Shown piece after piece: positions 25,278 through 36,996 of a stretch of DNA of 64,000 bases. The stretch is from Fistulifera solaris. Taxonomy: Eukaryota. Numbering within the stretch: position 1 is the first letter of the stretch; the number at the start of each line of letters is the position of its first letter. The notes below the pieces were generated by a model that ran no database searches, was not told where the DNA came from, and saw nothing but the letters and a program-made list of their open reading frames with translations. Location: NCBI GenBank assembly GCA_030295235.1, contig AP026145.1:868001-932000 (forward strand). Direction: 5' to 3'. Made by a program: the position numbers and the translations under genes.

Positions 25278-27332
25278 ATGAACAAGCTACGACTACGAAA
25301 ACTATGCTGTGCTCTCCTTTGTCTTGTCGTACAGGCAAAGCCGTCAACAAGGCTGCGGCAACGGACGGGAGACCGACGACTCCTCAACGCTGCGTCGTCC
25401 AACACACAATCTCGTCGCTATTGGATTCAATACGAAACGGCCGACGGTGAAGCACTTCTACTACAGCATGCAACGCAAATGCATCACTGGTTTGCCAGCG
25501 AAAACTTAATGTCGGTGGATTTGGAAGACGAGGCGGCCGTGCTGTTAGAAAACAGTCCGGGCATTGTGGCCATCGAACGCGATACCCAATGGCTTGCACA
25601 GGGATATTTGGAGCGCATGGTGGATGTAACGGAGTTGCATTCCAAACAAGGTCGATTCTTGACTTCCGAACAAAATCCAGACGAAATTATTCCTTACGGC
25701 ATTTCGATGGTACAAGCCGATCAAGTGACCATGGGGGAAACACCGATCACGGTTTGCATTGTGGATACGGGCATTGCCTTGGAACATCCCGATTTAGACG
25801 TTAATTTTGTGACGGGAGCGGATCGGGAAACGGAAGGTGCTGCGGGGGTATCTACCTTGCTTCGATGGAGCAACGATGCACGAGGACATGGTACACATGT
25901 CGCGGGGACTATCATGGCGAAAGCCAACAATGGAATCGGTGTCCGTGGGATGGGTCAAATACCCATCTTTGTGACACGTGGGTTGGATGACTCGGGCAAT
26001 GCGTTTGAATCCGACATTCGAGAAGCCATCGAGCAGTGTGAGGCCGCGGGTGCGCAAATCGTCAGTCTCAGTTTGGGTGGCGATCAAATGAGTAACGCTA
26101 TGCAGACACTGATACGGCGTTTGTACAATGAAAAGAATATGCTGATCTTTGCGGCGGCGGGGAATGCGGGAGAGTGGAAACTAGAATATCCCGCTTCGGA
26201 TCCAACGGTCATTTCGGTATCGGCGGTCGATGAAACCGAGTGGTTTTGGGATCAGGCCAATTACGGCCCTACGATAGAGCTGATGGCACCGGGTGTAGGG
26301 ATTTTATCCACGTCGGTCAATAGTTCAGGATCTTTTATCTATGCCGAATACTCCGGAACGTCCATGGCCGTCCCGCATGCATCCGCAGCAGCGGCGTTGG
26401 TGTGGAGTCACCATCCCGAATGCACGAATCATCAAATACGGTTCGCTTTAGCGGCTACTGCGAAAGACGTGGGTGAAGAGGGATGCGATACGGACTTTGG
26501 ATACGGTATTGTCCAAGTGAAAAATGCACTCGATTTTCTCGACGAGTACCCCTGTCTCAATGCCACATGGGGCGCCGCCCCAATGACTGGAAATTGCACG
26601 GTCTTGGATGTTCCGTTAGATCAAACGGTGGATGAATATCGCGACACTACCAAGTCGCCAGCGGCGGCTCCGACATCACTCAGCGATACTCCCGTGACAA
26701 CGAGTCGACCGTTCGAAACCATAACACCCAGTGCAGTCGATACCCGTCCTTCCACCGCACCCTCGAAGGAACGGGCAGACGCGACTGAACCACCAACAAC
26801 TGATATTCCGGATGATCCCCTTGAAACGGAGCCGCCCAATTTGGACGACCCAGCTCCATTTGAGTTTCCCGAGAGCATTATAACCGGCGAGACAGAATTC
26901 GAAGGACCGATGAAAGTCTCCGAGATGGATAGTCCGTCCAAAAGTGCTGGTCCAGTTGACGTTCCCATCCATCATCCGTTCGATCCTCCCAGTGTTACGG
27001 TCCTAGATATTCCTCCAGTCTATGCTCCCAGTGAAACAGTCTTGGAAACAGACCCAGATAATTCCAATTTGCCGACCATCGTACGAGCTCCGACTTCATC
27101 GCCATCCATGGTTCCCACCAGTCCATTGGGAGAGGCGCATGATGAAACATCGGAGACAACAACAGAGAAGGATGATACCACCGAAGATCCCACGGAAGAA
27201 GTCGGGACATCCAACGGGGCCACCAAGGATGCTACCTTTCTGAGTCCGTTTGATAGCACCGGCCCCGCCTCTCCTCTGGTTCCAGCCAACACCCGACCGA
27301 GAAAACAGCCGTTTCGAAGCATATGGAACTAG
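25278..27332 (+). CDS. Secreted subtilisin-like serine protease (S8) with Pro/Thr/acidic C-terminal tail
   Basis: Signal peptide and catalytic triad motifs IVDTG, HGTHVAG and GTSMA, plus AAAGN. Confidence 0.95.
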   Translation: MNKLRLRKLCCALLCLVVQAKPSTRLRQRTGDRRLLNAASSNTQSRRYWIQYETADGEALLLQHATQMHHWFASENLMSVDLEDEAAVLLENSPGIVAIERDTQWLAQGYLERMVDVTELHSKQGRFLTSEQNPDEIIPYGISMVQADQVTMGETPITVCIVDTGIALEHPDLDVNFVTGADRETEGAAGVSTLLRWSNDARGHGTHVAGTIMAKANNGIGVRGMGQIPIFVTRGLDDSGNAFESDIREAIEQCEAAGAQIVSLSLGGDQMSNAMQTLIRRLYNEKNMLIFAAAGNAGEWKLEYPASDPTVISVSAVDETEWFWDQANYGPTIELMAPGVGILSTSVNSSGSFIYAEYSGTSMAVPHASAAAALVWSHHPECTNHQIRFALAATAKDVGEEGCDTDFGYGIVQVKNALDFLDEYPCLNATWGAAPMTGNCTVLDVPLDQTVDEYRDTTKSPAAAPTSLSDTPVTTSRPFETITPSAVDTRPSTAPSKERADATEPPTTDIPDDPLETEPPNLDDPAPFEFPESIITGETEFEGPMKVSEMDSPSKSAGPVDVPIHHPFDPPSVTVLDIPPVYAPSETVLETDPDNSNLPTIVRAPTSSPSMVPTSPLGEAHDETSETTTEKDDTTEDPTEEVGTSNGATKDATFLSPFDSTGPASPLVPANTRPRKQPFRSIWN

Positions 27333-27629
27333 TTACGAACCGTTGGAAAGGTCATTTTATCCAAGGCCTATCTTCTCTGTAGATTCGTAATGAAGCGATT
27401 TGCAGTTCGTGAATGAAAAAATGCAGACGTACTTGGGTAGTACTCACAGTACATGCGCACCAATGCTACACTCCATGTTTCTTTTTCGATAAATGAATAA
27501 TGAACGCAATAAAGAAATGCGCATTAATTATGACGAACCTGCTAATCTTCATTCCTTCTTGTTTGAATCCTTATTATTCCTTATAAGCATTCCCTTTCCC
27601 TTCTTCGCTTCCTTCTCCAACAAACACAA

Positions 27630-28515
27630 GATGACAATGACGCTTCGTAATCATCAACAATTACCGTTTCTTGTTTGTCTCTTTGTGACGCTCGTCGGTC
27701 TTTTGTTGATTACGTGGCCGCGAAATACTCCTACGGTGATTGTGTCATCATCACAACAACAACCTACAACAGCATTGCCGCACATGATTCTCGAAGTGGG
27801 ATTGCCGCGTTCGGGTTCGTTGGCGATTCATCAATTTTTGCGTGTCAAATGGCGAGGAGTCGACATTACTGTTGTGATTCTTCTTCCAAAACACAATTTC
27901 CGTGCAATGAACGAACGATCGGTGAAACGATTCATCACAATGCTGTCAACGAACAACCATTGTTGCAAAATTGTGGTGACGATGAAACGACGCGTGTGTT
28001 TACGGCAATGCACGTCGAATCTTCCGAACCGTACGGGTATTTTTTGCCACAACATTTTGCTTTGCCCTTGTTCGTCAAAGATTATCCCGACGCGGTATGG
28101 ATTTTGCCTCTGCGGCACGATGCGGCGACCTGGGCGACGTCCGTGTTGCATTGGCATTCGGAAACACAACGGTTTTTGGCGTCCTTTGGTTTGCGAAAAG
28201 AAACCCGCATCGCACCCGCGAATGATCAAGAAGCGAGCCGCATCACGAAAGGATTGCAAGCCGCCGTTCAGCATGCGTACGATCCACAAACCCACCTCGA
28301 AAAGAAACAACAATTGATGAGTATTTACGATCGGCATACACAAAAGTCCGGACTTTAGCGCAACAACACCATATCCGGCTAGTGGAAATCAATATCGATG
28401 ATCCGCACGCGGGCGAACGGTTGCAAACGGAATTTCCTTCGTTCAACAGCGATTGTTGGTCGTTTGATCCAGCGACCTTGGATGACGATTGGAAGAATTT
28501 GACATTGCCTTTCTA
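27630..28515 (+). CDS. Type II membrane P-loop sulfotransferase-like protein; two frameshifts
   Basis: N-terminal transmembrane helix, then EVGLPRSGSLAIHQF. It continues in ORF 27675-28358 (YPDAVWILPLRHDAATWATSVLHW) and ends ...RLVEINIDDPHAGERL...WKNLTLPF*. Confidence 0.65.
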
Positions 28516-28563
28516 ATATAACAGAATAGTTATCATCAACAAAGCGAAATAATGATTATTATT

Positions 28564-31500
28564 TTATTTTTTCGATTGCAAGCGATTCCGAATATCACAA
28601 TGCATGTTTGTCAAAAGGCCACGTAATCCTTTTCTCCCACATTGGCATCTTCGACCAACAAACTTAAAATGCCCGTTTCCCGCAATCCTTGATGATCGGG
28701 TTGTTGGAAGACGGGAATGATGGCTGGACTTGTGGAACGTGGACTCTTTCGGATGACATGCGACAACCAATGCTCCAACAGTTCGTGACGACGACGGGCA
28801 CACCGTTCTTTCGTGTCCTCGGGAACAAGGCGACCCAAGTATAGAAAAATTCGCAAACCATCGTCAATCAAATAAATGCCATCGTCTTGAAAGGATTCCA
28901 TCGTAGGACGCACCAGCGGTGGCATATCTTGGTTGTTGTCTGGCGAATTCAAATCGATGGAATAGATATTCGGATACAAGAGTGACATACAAGTACAAGG
29001 GTTGCTTTGGAGGAGCTGGAAATTGAAATAGCCTCGTTCGTCCCCCGATGGTTGGATACGAGTACCCCCGGTGGCCGGATCGCGGCAGGGAAACCCCGGG
29101 GCCAGCAGCGGCAATTTGATGAGACACATGCAAAAAAGCGGGAGAAGTTGTAAGCTTGATGGAAGCAATAATTGGCCGGTGGGGCTGGATATCGCCGGAG
29201 TGTTCAGTCGGTAATTGACCAGCATGTTCAAGCAAGTGGCGTACAATGCATCGCGCGCTTTTTGGCGGGGTATCAGTTTGTCGTCCTTCTTTTGTTCGTT
29301 GATGGTTTTGATTAAATGCGCGTGCGTCGTGCGCACGAGATAGGGAAGAATGGCGGCAAAATCGGCGCCTTGGAATACATCGTTGGCCGATTTCGCGATA
29401 GGAATGGCCAAAGTGGATACGCGAACCAATCGTCGACCCGACAAAGAGGTATACAATAATGCTGTTTGAAAGTATACCGTCGAACTAGATTTCGGAAGCC
29501 CGCCAACGCGGTGATCCAGTTCCACCGATATGCATGTATTGGGAGACAATGAAGCCAATTCGAGTTCCGGTGAATCACCAAGGGCGCCTTCTCGCGACTT
29601 GCCTGGAGCGTAAACGAAATTCTTAATTTGTACACCAGCCGAACAACGAACTTTGAAGACTGCATCCCAACCAGAGAATGCCCGAATGTTGCTTCGTAAA
29701 TCGTTGTAAAGCGATTCTTCCCATTGCATTGCCTGTACCCAGTAAAGGCGTCCACTCGTAACTCGACACAGTTCACCCATTGAAGCAAGTCCTAAAAAGC
29801 TATTAACGCTCACCGACCCTGTATGCATGACAATATCCAAGGTCACTCGATTTGTGACGCATTCTTCGGCCAGTTTGGAATAAAACAATGCGGCAGTTTC
29901 ATCTTCATTTCCTTCTGGCTTCTTTTGACTTTGCACTGGTACATAGGTCAACGTGTTCTCGGCTCTAGATCGTCCCAATAGCAACGCCTGACTTTCTTCC
30001 CTATACGCCAAGCTACCCACTCCGAAATTCGGTCTTCGCCAAGTCAAAAGCGTTCCTCGTCCTCCGGATGAGGCCAAGGCGTTGGAAAGAAACGCCAGGG
30101 CAGCTCCGCCACAGCTTAACTCTGATCCATCTAATCCATACGCATTTCGTGCAAACGATTCCTTTCGCCATTGTTTCAAATTCAGATTGTCTAGGAGCTG
30201 GCACCATGCGTCAGCAGACTCGTTCATCACAAACGTCCAGTCCTCCAATGGTGCGGGTGTAAAGGGTCTTCTGTTACGTCCGCAACCACCATACATGATA
30301 TTTCACCACTGGAAGCATTCCACCGAGGGATCATAATGCCCATGGAAGAGACGAGACATAAACCAATGCGCGGCGCCGCCCCGGAAGCTTGCTGCTGATA
30401 ATGATCCGTCATATCTTGTCCTAATTGCTGCAACATGGATTTGTATGCTTCCACGTGAGGAGATGTCAAATCCAAGACGTACAATTGCACCGGCTGTACG
30501 GGAGTAGGACGTGTGATGTAAGGACCGGTCACTTCCCATTCCACCGTGGCTTCCGGACGTGCCGTGACGAGAGCCTGCGTTTGGCCCACACCGCAAAAGA
30601 TGCATTTGTGATCTGTCGCAAATGGATTCGCGTAGGCCAAACAGTTCGTACATCGAGGAGGTGCATTGGTAATCGGGAGCATGGGTACCGACGCGTTCGT
30701 CTCTTCAATTTCTTCCGGCAAAGACGCTACAAAGTCTTGTGACGGCACTGCCAATGGCACGCACTGCAAAGCCAACGGTATATCGCCCGTACTATGCCAT
30801 TGCGCACGACTGGCGGGAAATTGATACACGGTACTGCGCAATACGTGCGGCGCCGCATTCCCATCGTCCATGAGGGTCGCTGATAATTGCAACGGTGGGG
30901 GCTGTCCCATTTGCGCCCGCGGATAGTATGGCGATGATGATGGAGTTGACAGGGGACGTGGAATCAAAGACACGTCAATGCTGTCGTTGTAGGGTATCGG
31001 TGGTGGGGGCGGACCTCGAGCATGAGACGGAGGATATGCGTGACTCTGCGAGGAAGGATACATATTCGGGGTGGACGTAGAAGGTGGGTACATTTGACTT
31101 GGAGGTGCTGGAGGAGGCACGTAAGAGGGAGGATGCATTGGCATTTGACTGTGTGAGGACTGCGGATACATGTTTCCTTGCGGCGGGGGAGCCATGCGAC
31201 TCTGTGGAGGAGGCGGATGTTGATGAAACGATTGTGAAACAGGAGGATTGCTCTGGGCGTTAAAAGGAGGAGGAGGAGGCACGTGACTCGGTAGAGGACG
31301 TGGTTGCATCTGACTGGGTTGAGAAACAGGAGGATTGCCCTGGGCACCAAAAGGAGAAGGAGAAGGCAAATGATTCTGTGAAGGAGGCGGTTGCATCTGG
31401 TTCGGTTGCAAGACAGGAGGAGGCACAGGCATCGGACTCGGTTGCGAAACTGGAGGAGGCGCATAACTCTGTTGTAAAGAATCTGTAGGCCCCGGAGTTG

Positions 31501-32017
31501 GTTGACCAGAAGGGCCGTGCACACTTAAAGGAGGCACATGACTTTGTGAGGGAACCATCGGACTCGATTGCGAAAGCGACATAGAATGGTGAGCTACAGG
31601 GGGTATCTGGCTCTGGGAAGGAGGAAGATTCGGCAGATTGTGCGATGGTGGCGAAAATGACACCGGGGCATGCTGCGGCCTCGTGGATGTTTCGGTAGAC
31701 TCAAGCGACGGCGGAGCTGAAAATGTCGTCGGCGGTCTCACTGGAGGAGGCGGCATTATTTTGTGTGCTCCGGTGCTACCTCCTGACATGGGAGGAGGCG
31801 GAGGAAGAAACCGAGCATTTTGTGCTATAGAAGCAACTCCGTTGACAGGTTGCGTCAGTTGTGAAGTCATCGGCTGCTGCTGCTGCTGCAGCTGCGGTTG
31901 CGGAGGAGGAGGAGCCGTAAATCGAGGAGCGCTGGGAACTGTAGATTGCGGATACTGTTGCGCTTTGTGCCCGTTATTTCCGGGCGGTGGAGGCGGAGGA
32001 AGCGGAAATGAAGGCAT
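28564..32017 (-). CDS. SEC24: COPII coat subunit Sec24; frameshifts near 30255 and 28615
   Basis: Pro-rich N-terminus, DDGNAAPHVLRST, zinc finger PPRCTNCLAYANPF..CIFCG, DAVFKVRCSAG, YFQTALLYTSLSGRRLVRVSTL and GQLLLPSSLQLLPL. Confidence 0.93.
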
Positions 32018-32554
32018 TTTATTTTCTCTTTTCTTCTATTCGTACACAGTAATAATCCGTTAGTTCGCGGATCGTTTACAATCGAGTATTTCTTGTTTGT
32101 CAAATGAGCTTAAAAATAATGGGTATCAGATAACGCTTTTCCTTTAGTTATCGGCTTGTTGAGGAGCGTTATATTTTGGACGACACCATGGTCGACGCAA
32201 AGTCGAAATGCGCGCATGCCGCGGATCATTGCGTCGCCAGAAATTGCTGTCGCACTAAACGTGACACAAGAAAAAACAAGACCCCTTTCTGCTTACGTCA
32301 GAAGGTGTACTTCACGAGGCTATACAATGTATTCAGTCCCAGGTCGCTACGGTTTTCTACATCGATCGTCGCATGCGAAAAAATTGTTTTCGGTGTTTCC
32401 TCTTGCGATGGATTTATCGGTACCGTACCTTATTGGTACCTTACGCTCGTTGATCGACATTTCTATACATACTCGCTATTCATTTCACTCCATTACGGCA
32501 GTTCGCAAACTGGAGTTTCGCTCTGAATCTCACACTCCGTCATTGTTTCTCGCC

Positions 32555-33715
32555 ATGATACTATCTAATCAATTCATTTACGTATTAGCGCTACAGAATA
32601 GTAAATATTATGTTGGCTGCACGAATGATGTGGCACGCCGATTCCAAGAACACCAAAACGGTCAAGGATCCGCGTGGACCCGATTGTATCCTCCTTTACA
32701 AATCCAGCAACAATATGCTGTTCCACCCGACAAACATCCTGGACTGGAAGAAGATGCACAAGTGAAGTCGATGATGTTGCAGCATGGTATCGATCATGTC
32801 CGTGGAGGATCGTATTCGAATGTCCATTTAACGTCGACGCAGACGGCCATGTTGGAAAAGACGATTCGCCACGCCGAGTCGGTATGCTTTCGATGCGGGC
32901 AACAAAATCATTTTGCCAATCAATGTGACTCACAAACGATGGTGGGTTCACTTTCAACAACAAAGACTTTTCATGTTCATGGCGCCTCCCATAATCGACT
33001 GGTCCAAGATCAAACGTTGAGGCACTGTGAGCGCTGTGGTCGCAACAATCACACCGCTGATCGTTGTTTCGCCACATTTGATGTTAGAGGCGTTCGAATA
33101 GCTACCCAACACCATAGAGCAGTTTCTGAGCCACAGGAGCAAATGGTGTGTGAACGCTGTGGCCGAAACACTCACACAGTGGATCAGTGTTTCGCCCTTT
33201 CGGATATTCACGGTGTATTGTTGAGGGACGAGCAGCGTGGATCGACGAGTGTCAAGCCCTCTAATGAAGATTTGTCGAAATGTTCGTGCGAACGCTGCGG
33301 GAGAAATACTCACGACACGAATGATTGCAAAGCCATTTTGGATCTCAATGGATCACTTCTCGTGTCCGATACGTTGCGATCTGTGAAAGTGAATAGCGGG
33401 GATCCGAGGAGACGACCAACGTGTGAACGTTGTGGCAGAAACACCCATGCCGCCAAGCAGTGTCATTCAGTTTTTGATATCAATGGCATTTTGATTGATG
33501 ATCCTAGCTCGAGAACTGCCGTAACATCTCTGGAGAATAGTTACGAGCCGATGACGACCACATTCCCCATCGAAACAGACGATGATGCAAGTAGATACAT
33601 CCCCGTTCAACTTTGTTACAAGTTGTTGACAACCGGCAAATGTTTTTGTCAACTGGGCTGCGGATTCAACTCTCTAAAAAGCTTGACTACCAGCAGCGAG
33701 AGCCGAACGAGTTGA
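32555..33715 (+). CDS. GIY-YIG nuclease with five CCHC zinc knuckles and a degenerate CCCH finger (array copy 1)
   Basis: FIYVLALQNSKYYVGCT..RRFQEHQNGQGSAWT..LEED..GIDHVRGGSYS, five Cx2Cx4Hx4C motifs, and a C-terminal Cx8Cx5C lacking the His. Confidence 0.88.
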   Translation: MILSNQFIYVLALQNSKYYVGCTNDVARRFQEHQNGQGSAWTRLYPPLQIQQQYAVPPDKHPGLEEDAQVKSMMLQHGIDHVRGGSYSNVHLTSTQTAMLEKTIRHAESVCFRCGQQNHFANQCDSQTMVGSLSTTKTFHVHGASHNRLVQDQTLRHCERCGRNNHTADRCFATFDVRGVRIATQHHRAVSEPQEQMVCERCGRNTHTVDQCFALSDIHGVLLRDEQRGSTSVKPSNEDLSKCSCERCGRNTHDTNDCKAILDLNGSLLVSDTLRSVKVNSGDPRRRPTCERCGRNTHAAKQCHSVFDINGILIDDPSSRTAVTSLENSYEPMTTTFPIETDDDASRYIPVQLCYKLLTTGKCFCQLGCGFNSLKSLTTSSESRTS

Positions 33716-34576
33716 GGTACGCTGTATTGGGTTGTGAAAAACACCCCAGAGTTACCGTGGACACAACAAACACTCGTCGAGACATGACACAACCGGCGAG
33801 CCATCTTTTGAAATAGAATCACCGCTGATTGTTATTACAAATGGCCTTCACCGTCCGGCGCGGACGCTGATCTATCCTTCGTTGCCATTCAATCAATATC
33901 ATACCATCGCTCCAGAGATTAAAGCAGCCTTTGACGAAGATGCGCATGTCAATAATCCGTTAGCCGAGATCGATGTATAATCATTAATAGAGGAGCTTCC
34001 TTATTGCGTTGCAGTGTGTTCGGCAGTAGATGTTAATCGACCGTCAAGATACTATAGTGACGATTGATTGTCTCGTCGTAAACTAGCAACGCACGAACTT
34101 GATAAAGACCTTTTCCGCAAGTCTTTCCCCTTCTTTCTTGTCAAAAGGTCGATTTACTTGACTCTCTTTTGACTCGTTTATTGCTCTTTCATTTTCACTT
34201 CATCGTTCATCGTATCCTTTGGCCGTTAACCATCGATCGAAGCTGTATACCTCTGTCGCACCGGTGTCTCGTAACTTCCAAATCCGATTACTTGTAGCGA
34301 ACATTATGGCAACGATCAATGCCTCTATGTCCAACTCTAGAGAGTAGCTAGAAAGACAGAAAGACCCTTCGACAGTACATGGGATATAAGTTATCACTCT
34401 TATGATGGTTATGGCGCTTTCTCGCTTCATCGCCTTGACCCTTGCTTCACCAGTGAAAGCGAGAAAAGAAACTGTTTTACGCGATACTCCGTAATCAGTT
34501 TTCACACTTTCAACCGTTTCTCATTCACTTCCGTCAGGAATCATCGGAATCCATTCAGTTTAGGCAGACCGTGTTA

Positions 34577-36592
34577 ATGGCACCTGACAACAATCCGTTC
34601 ATTTATGTTTTGTTACTCCAACAAGGAAACTATTACGTGGGAAGCTCGAAGAATGTTGAGCGCCGCTTCCGAGATCATCAAAATGGACAGGGATCGGCAT
34701 GGACCCGCTTGTATCCCCCTCTTTCCATAGAATATTCCTACGCAGCCGGACGACACCCCGGTCTGGAAGAAGATATGCAAGTCAAGTTGTTAATGTTGGA
34801 ACATGGAATCGATCGCGTCCGGGGTGGTTCCTATTCCAACATTCAACTGACTGCTCAACAAAGAGAAGAACTACAGCGTGCGCTTCGGCATGCCAGGGGA
34901 GCTTGTTTGCGGTGTGGTCGTACAGGTCACTATGCGCATCAATGCAACGCCGCGAGGGAAAGTGATTCACTCAGCAGAAGAAATACTCGCCGTCAAGAAA
35001 GTGTAGCCGCAAACAGGGATAACCATGCTTATTCCATCTCCTACGAGCATTGGACGGGCATTACTGGCGTAGTAGGATTTAACGGAGGGCGTACATCATC
35101 GGACCGATCCTCCGTTTTTGTGGCTTTAAAATGGGCATTGCCTCGTTGGTTAGCGGGAGGAGAGGAGGGAGACCCAAGCACTGCCATTTCTGCAGTGAAT
35201 CGAGCCACAGACCATCTCAATGTGAATTTGTCCTGCAGACGTTGTGGCAGAGACAACCATACAACAGACAGGTGTCATGCCGCAAGTGCCATCGATGGAT
35301 CTAGCTTGCAGCCCGAACAAATATCACCAACAGCTTCATCGAGGGCGTGTCCCACAGGGGAGGAACCGATCGCAAGATATGTCCCACGCGCCAGCGATGT
35401 GCACTCCTATGATGGCGAATGTCAGGAAATTCAAATAATTGATGCGGAACCTTCACTTACTAATGTAGCACAAACAACAAGACGTTACGTCGAATCCGTC
35501 ATACGAAACCAAAATTTGAGCGTTCAAAGCTGTCGTGACTTTTTAAACCAGGGCCAGTGTCCCCGTGGGCCGAGTTGCACTTTTTCCCATGCCGTACAAT
35601 TGCTCGGAAGCGTCAAAGTCACAAAGAAAGCACCGGTTTCTTCCATTGCCGTATGGCCGGGTCAAGAAAGAAAACTATTCACCGGAACCGCCGATGGGTG
35701 TTGGCGTCTCTGGAAGACGAACAGTAACGGAAACTTTCAACAGATATTCGAAGGAAACATGTCCGGAGAGATCCTTTGCCTGGCGGTGAACAAGCAGTGC
35801 TTTGCTTGTGGCTTTCAACGGCAACTATCTTCGTCCATATCGAAAGGAATGATTCACATCTGGAATTTAGAATCGACCGGCGATCCGCCTTTGGAGTTGC
35901 ATATGATTCCCCGAAAGTCCCCATTTGCTCACGAAAGCTGTGTAAGCTGCATGTTTGTTGATACAACAATGGAAATAGCTTCCGGTTCAGACGATGGGAA
36001 AATCCACATGTGGGCTTTTGACTCCTCCGTTCGATCGTATAGACTTGGTCAACAAATTCAAGCTGGAGCCAAAGTTACTGCCCTGGTTCTAATGATGCAA
36101 CAAGACTTACTTTGGAGTGGTTGTGATGATGGTTCGATTCAAGTATGGAAGGTTCGCTCGGGTCAATGTCAATATCGTATTCCTGCCGGAATCACAGGAC
36201 ACTCTAGTGCCATAACGTCGCTTCAGCTCATTCGAGCCCCAAAAGGTTTGTTCATTGGTAGTGCCTCACTCGATGGCACAATCAAAGCATGGGATTGCCT
36301 CACCGGCGTTGGAGTCATCGCCAAAAACATATCGACTCCCATTCACTGCATGACGATCGGCGAAAGTAGCGAGGGATATCCACTTGTGTTACTAGGAATG
36401 AGCGACGGTTCCATTCAATGCCGCAATCTGTTATCCACATCGAACTTGTCAGCACTGGATCTCGTCTTTACTGTACCCACACAAGGGGCGGCGGTCCATG
36501 CAATCGCAAGCGGGTCGAGAGGCTCCTTTTTCAGTGGCGATGCAAACGGCATAGTGCATGCGTGGCAGATAAAAGAATTGCATCTTTCTTGA
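34577..36592 (+). CDS. GIY-YIG nuclease + two CCHC knuckles + CCCH finger + WD40 repeats (array copy 2)
   Basis: FIYVLLLQQGNYYVGSS..RRFRDH..VRGGSYS; CLRCGRTGHYAHQC; CRRCGRDNHTTDRC; CRDFLNQGQCPRGPSCTFSH; WD repeats (SGSDDGKIHMW, SGCDDGSIQVW, SASLDGTIKAWD). Confidence 0.88.
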   Translation: MAPDNNPFIYVLLLQQGNYYVGSSKNVERRFRDHQNGQGSAWTRLYPPLSIEYSYAAGRHPGLEEDMQVKLLMLEHGIDRVRGGSYSNIQLTAQQREELQRALRHARGACLRCGRTGHYAHQCNAARESDSLSRRNTRRQESVAANRDNHAYSISYEHWTGITGVVGFNGGRTSSDRSSVFVALKWALPRWLAGGEEGDPSTAISAVNRATDHLNVNLSCRRCGRDNHTTDRCHAASAIDGSSLQPEQISPTASSRACPTGEEPIARYVPRASDVHSYDGECQEIQIIDAEPSLTNVAQTTRRYVESVIRNQNLSVQSCRDFLNQGQCPRGPSCTFSHAVQLLGSVKVTKKAPVSSIAVWPGQERKLFTGTADGCWRLWKTNSNGNFQQIFEGNMSGEILCLAVNKQCFACGFQRQLSSSISKGMIHIWNLESTGDPPLELHMIPRKSPFAHESCVSCMFVDTTMEIASGSDDGKIHMWAFDSSVRSYRLGQQIQAGAKVTALVLMMQQDLLWSGCDDGSIQVWKVRSGQCQYRIPAGITGHSSAITSLQLIRAPKGLFIGSASLDGTIKAWDCLTGVGVIAKNISTPIHCMTIGESSEGYPLVLLGMSDGSIQCRNLLSTSNLSALDLVFTVPTQGAAVHAIASGSRGSFFSGDANGIVHAWQIKELHLS

Positions 36593-36604
36593 GCGATTGA
36601 ACGG

Positions 36605-36650
36605 GAGTCATTTCGCCAGTGAATGCTTTGCAAAAACGGAGATAATTGGC
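36605..36650 (+). pseudogene. Relic fragment of a further GIY-YIG/knuckle gene copy
   Basis: 36605-36643 matches 37335-37373 at 37 of 39 nt and encodes SHFASECFAKTEI. Confidence 0.7.
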
Positions 36651-36996
36651 ACTTAACACGCCGTAGGGTCACTTCTCCTGCGCCACGAAGTTATTCTTGA
36701 ACCTCGATTCAAGTTTATGAAAAGAATATAGTACGCGTCGACCAAGGGACTTCGCAATAGTTCCCCCAGCCCAGCAGGGAGGTCCACAACAGCAACGTCA
36801 TGCTTAACCCCGTGTAGATCAAAGCCCGATGATGCGTCGGCATAATGACCGTATCAGTTAAGTGATCCTTTTTCGTGAAGCGGAGCATAATGTCGACGGA
36901 GAAGAATTGTTGTCTTGTTGATTCTCCATATTCATCTCATCTCATTAATTTCATGTTCCCAACAAAGCAACTTAATTTTTCGACGAAGAAAGGGCG

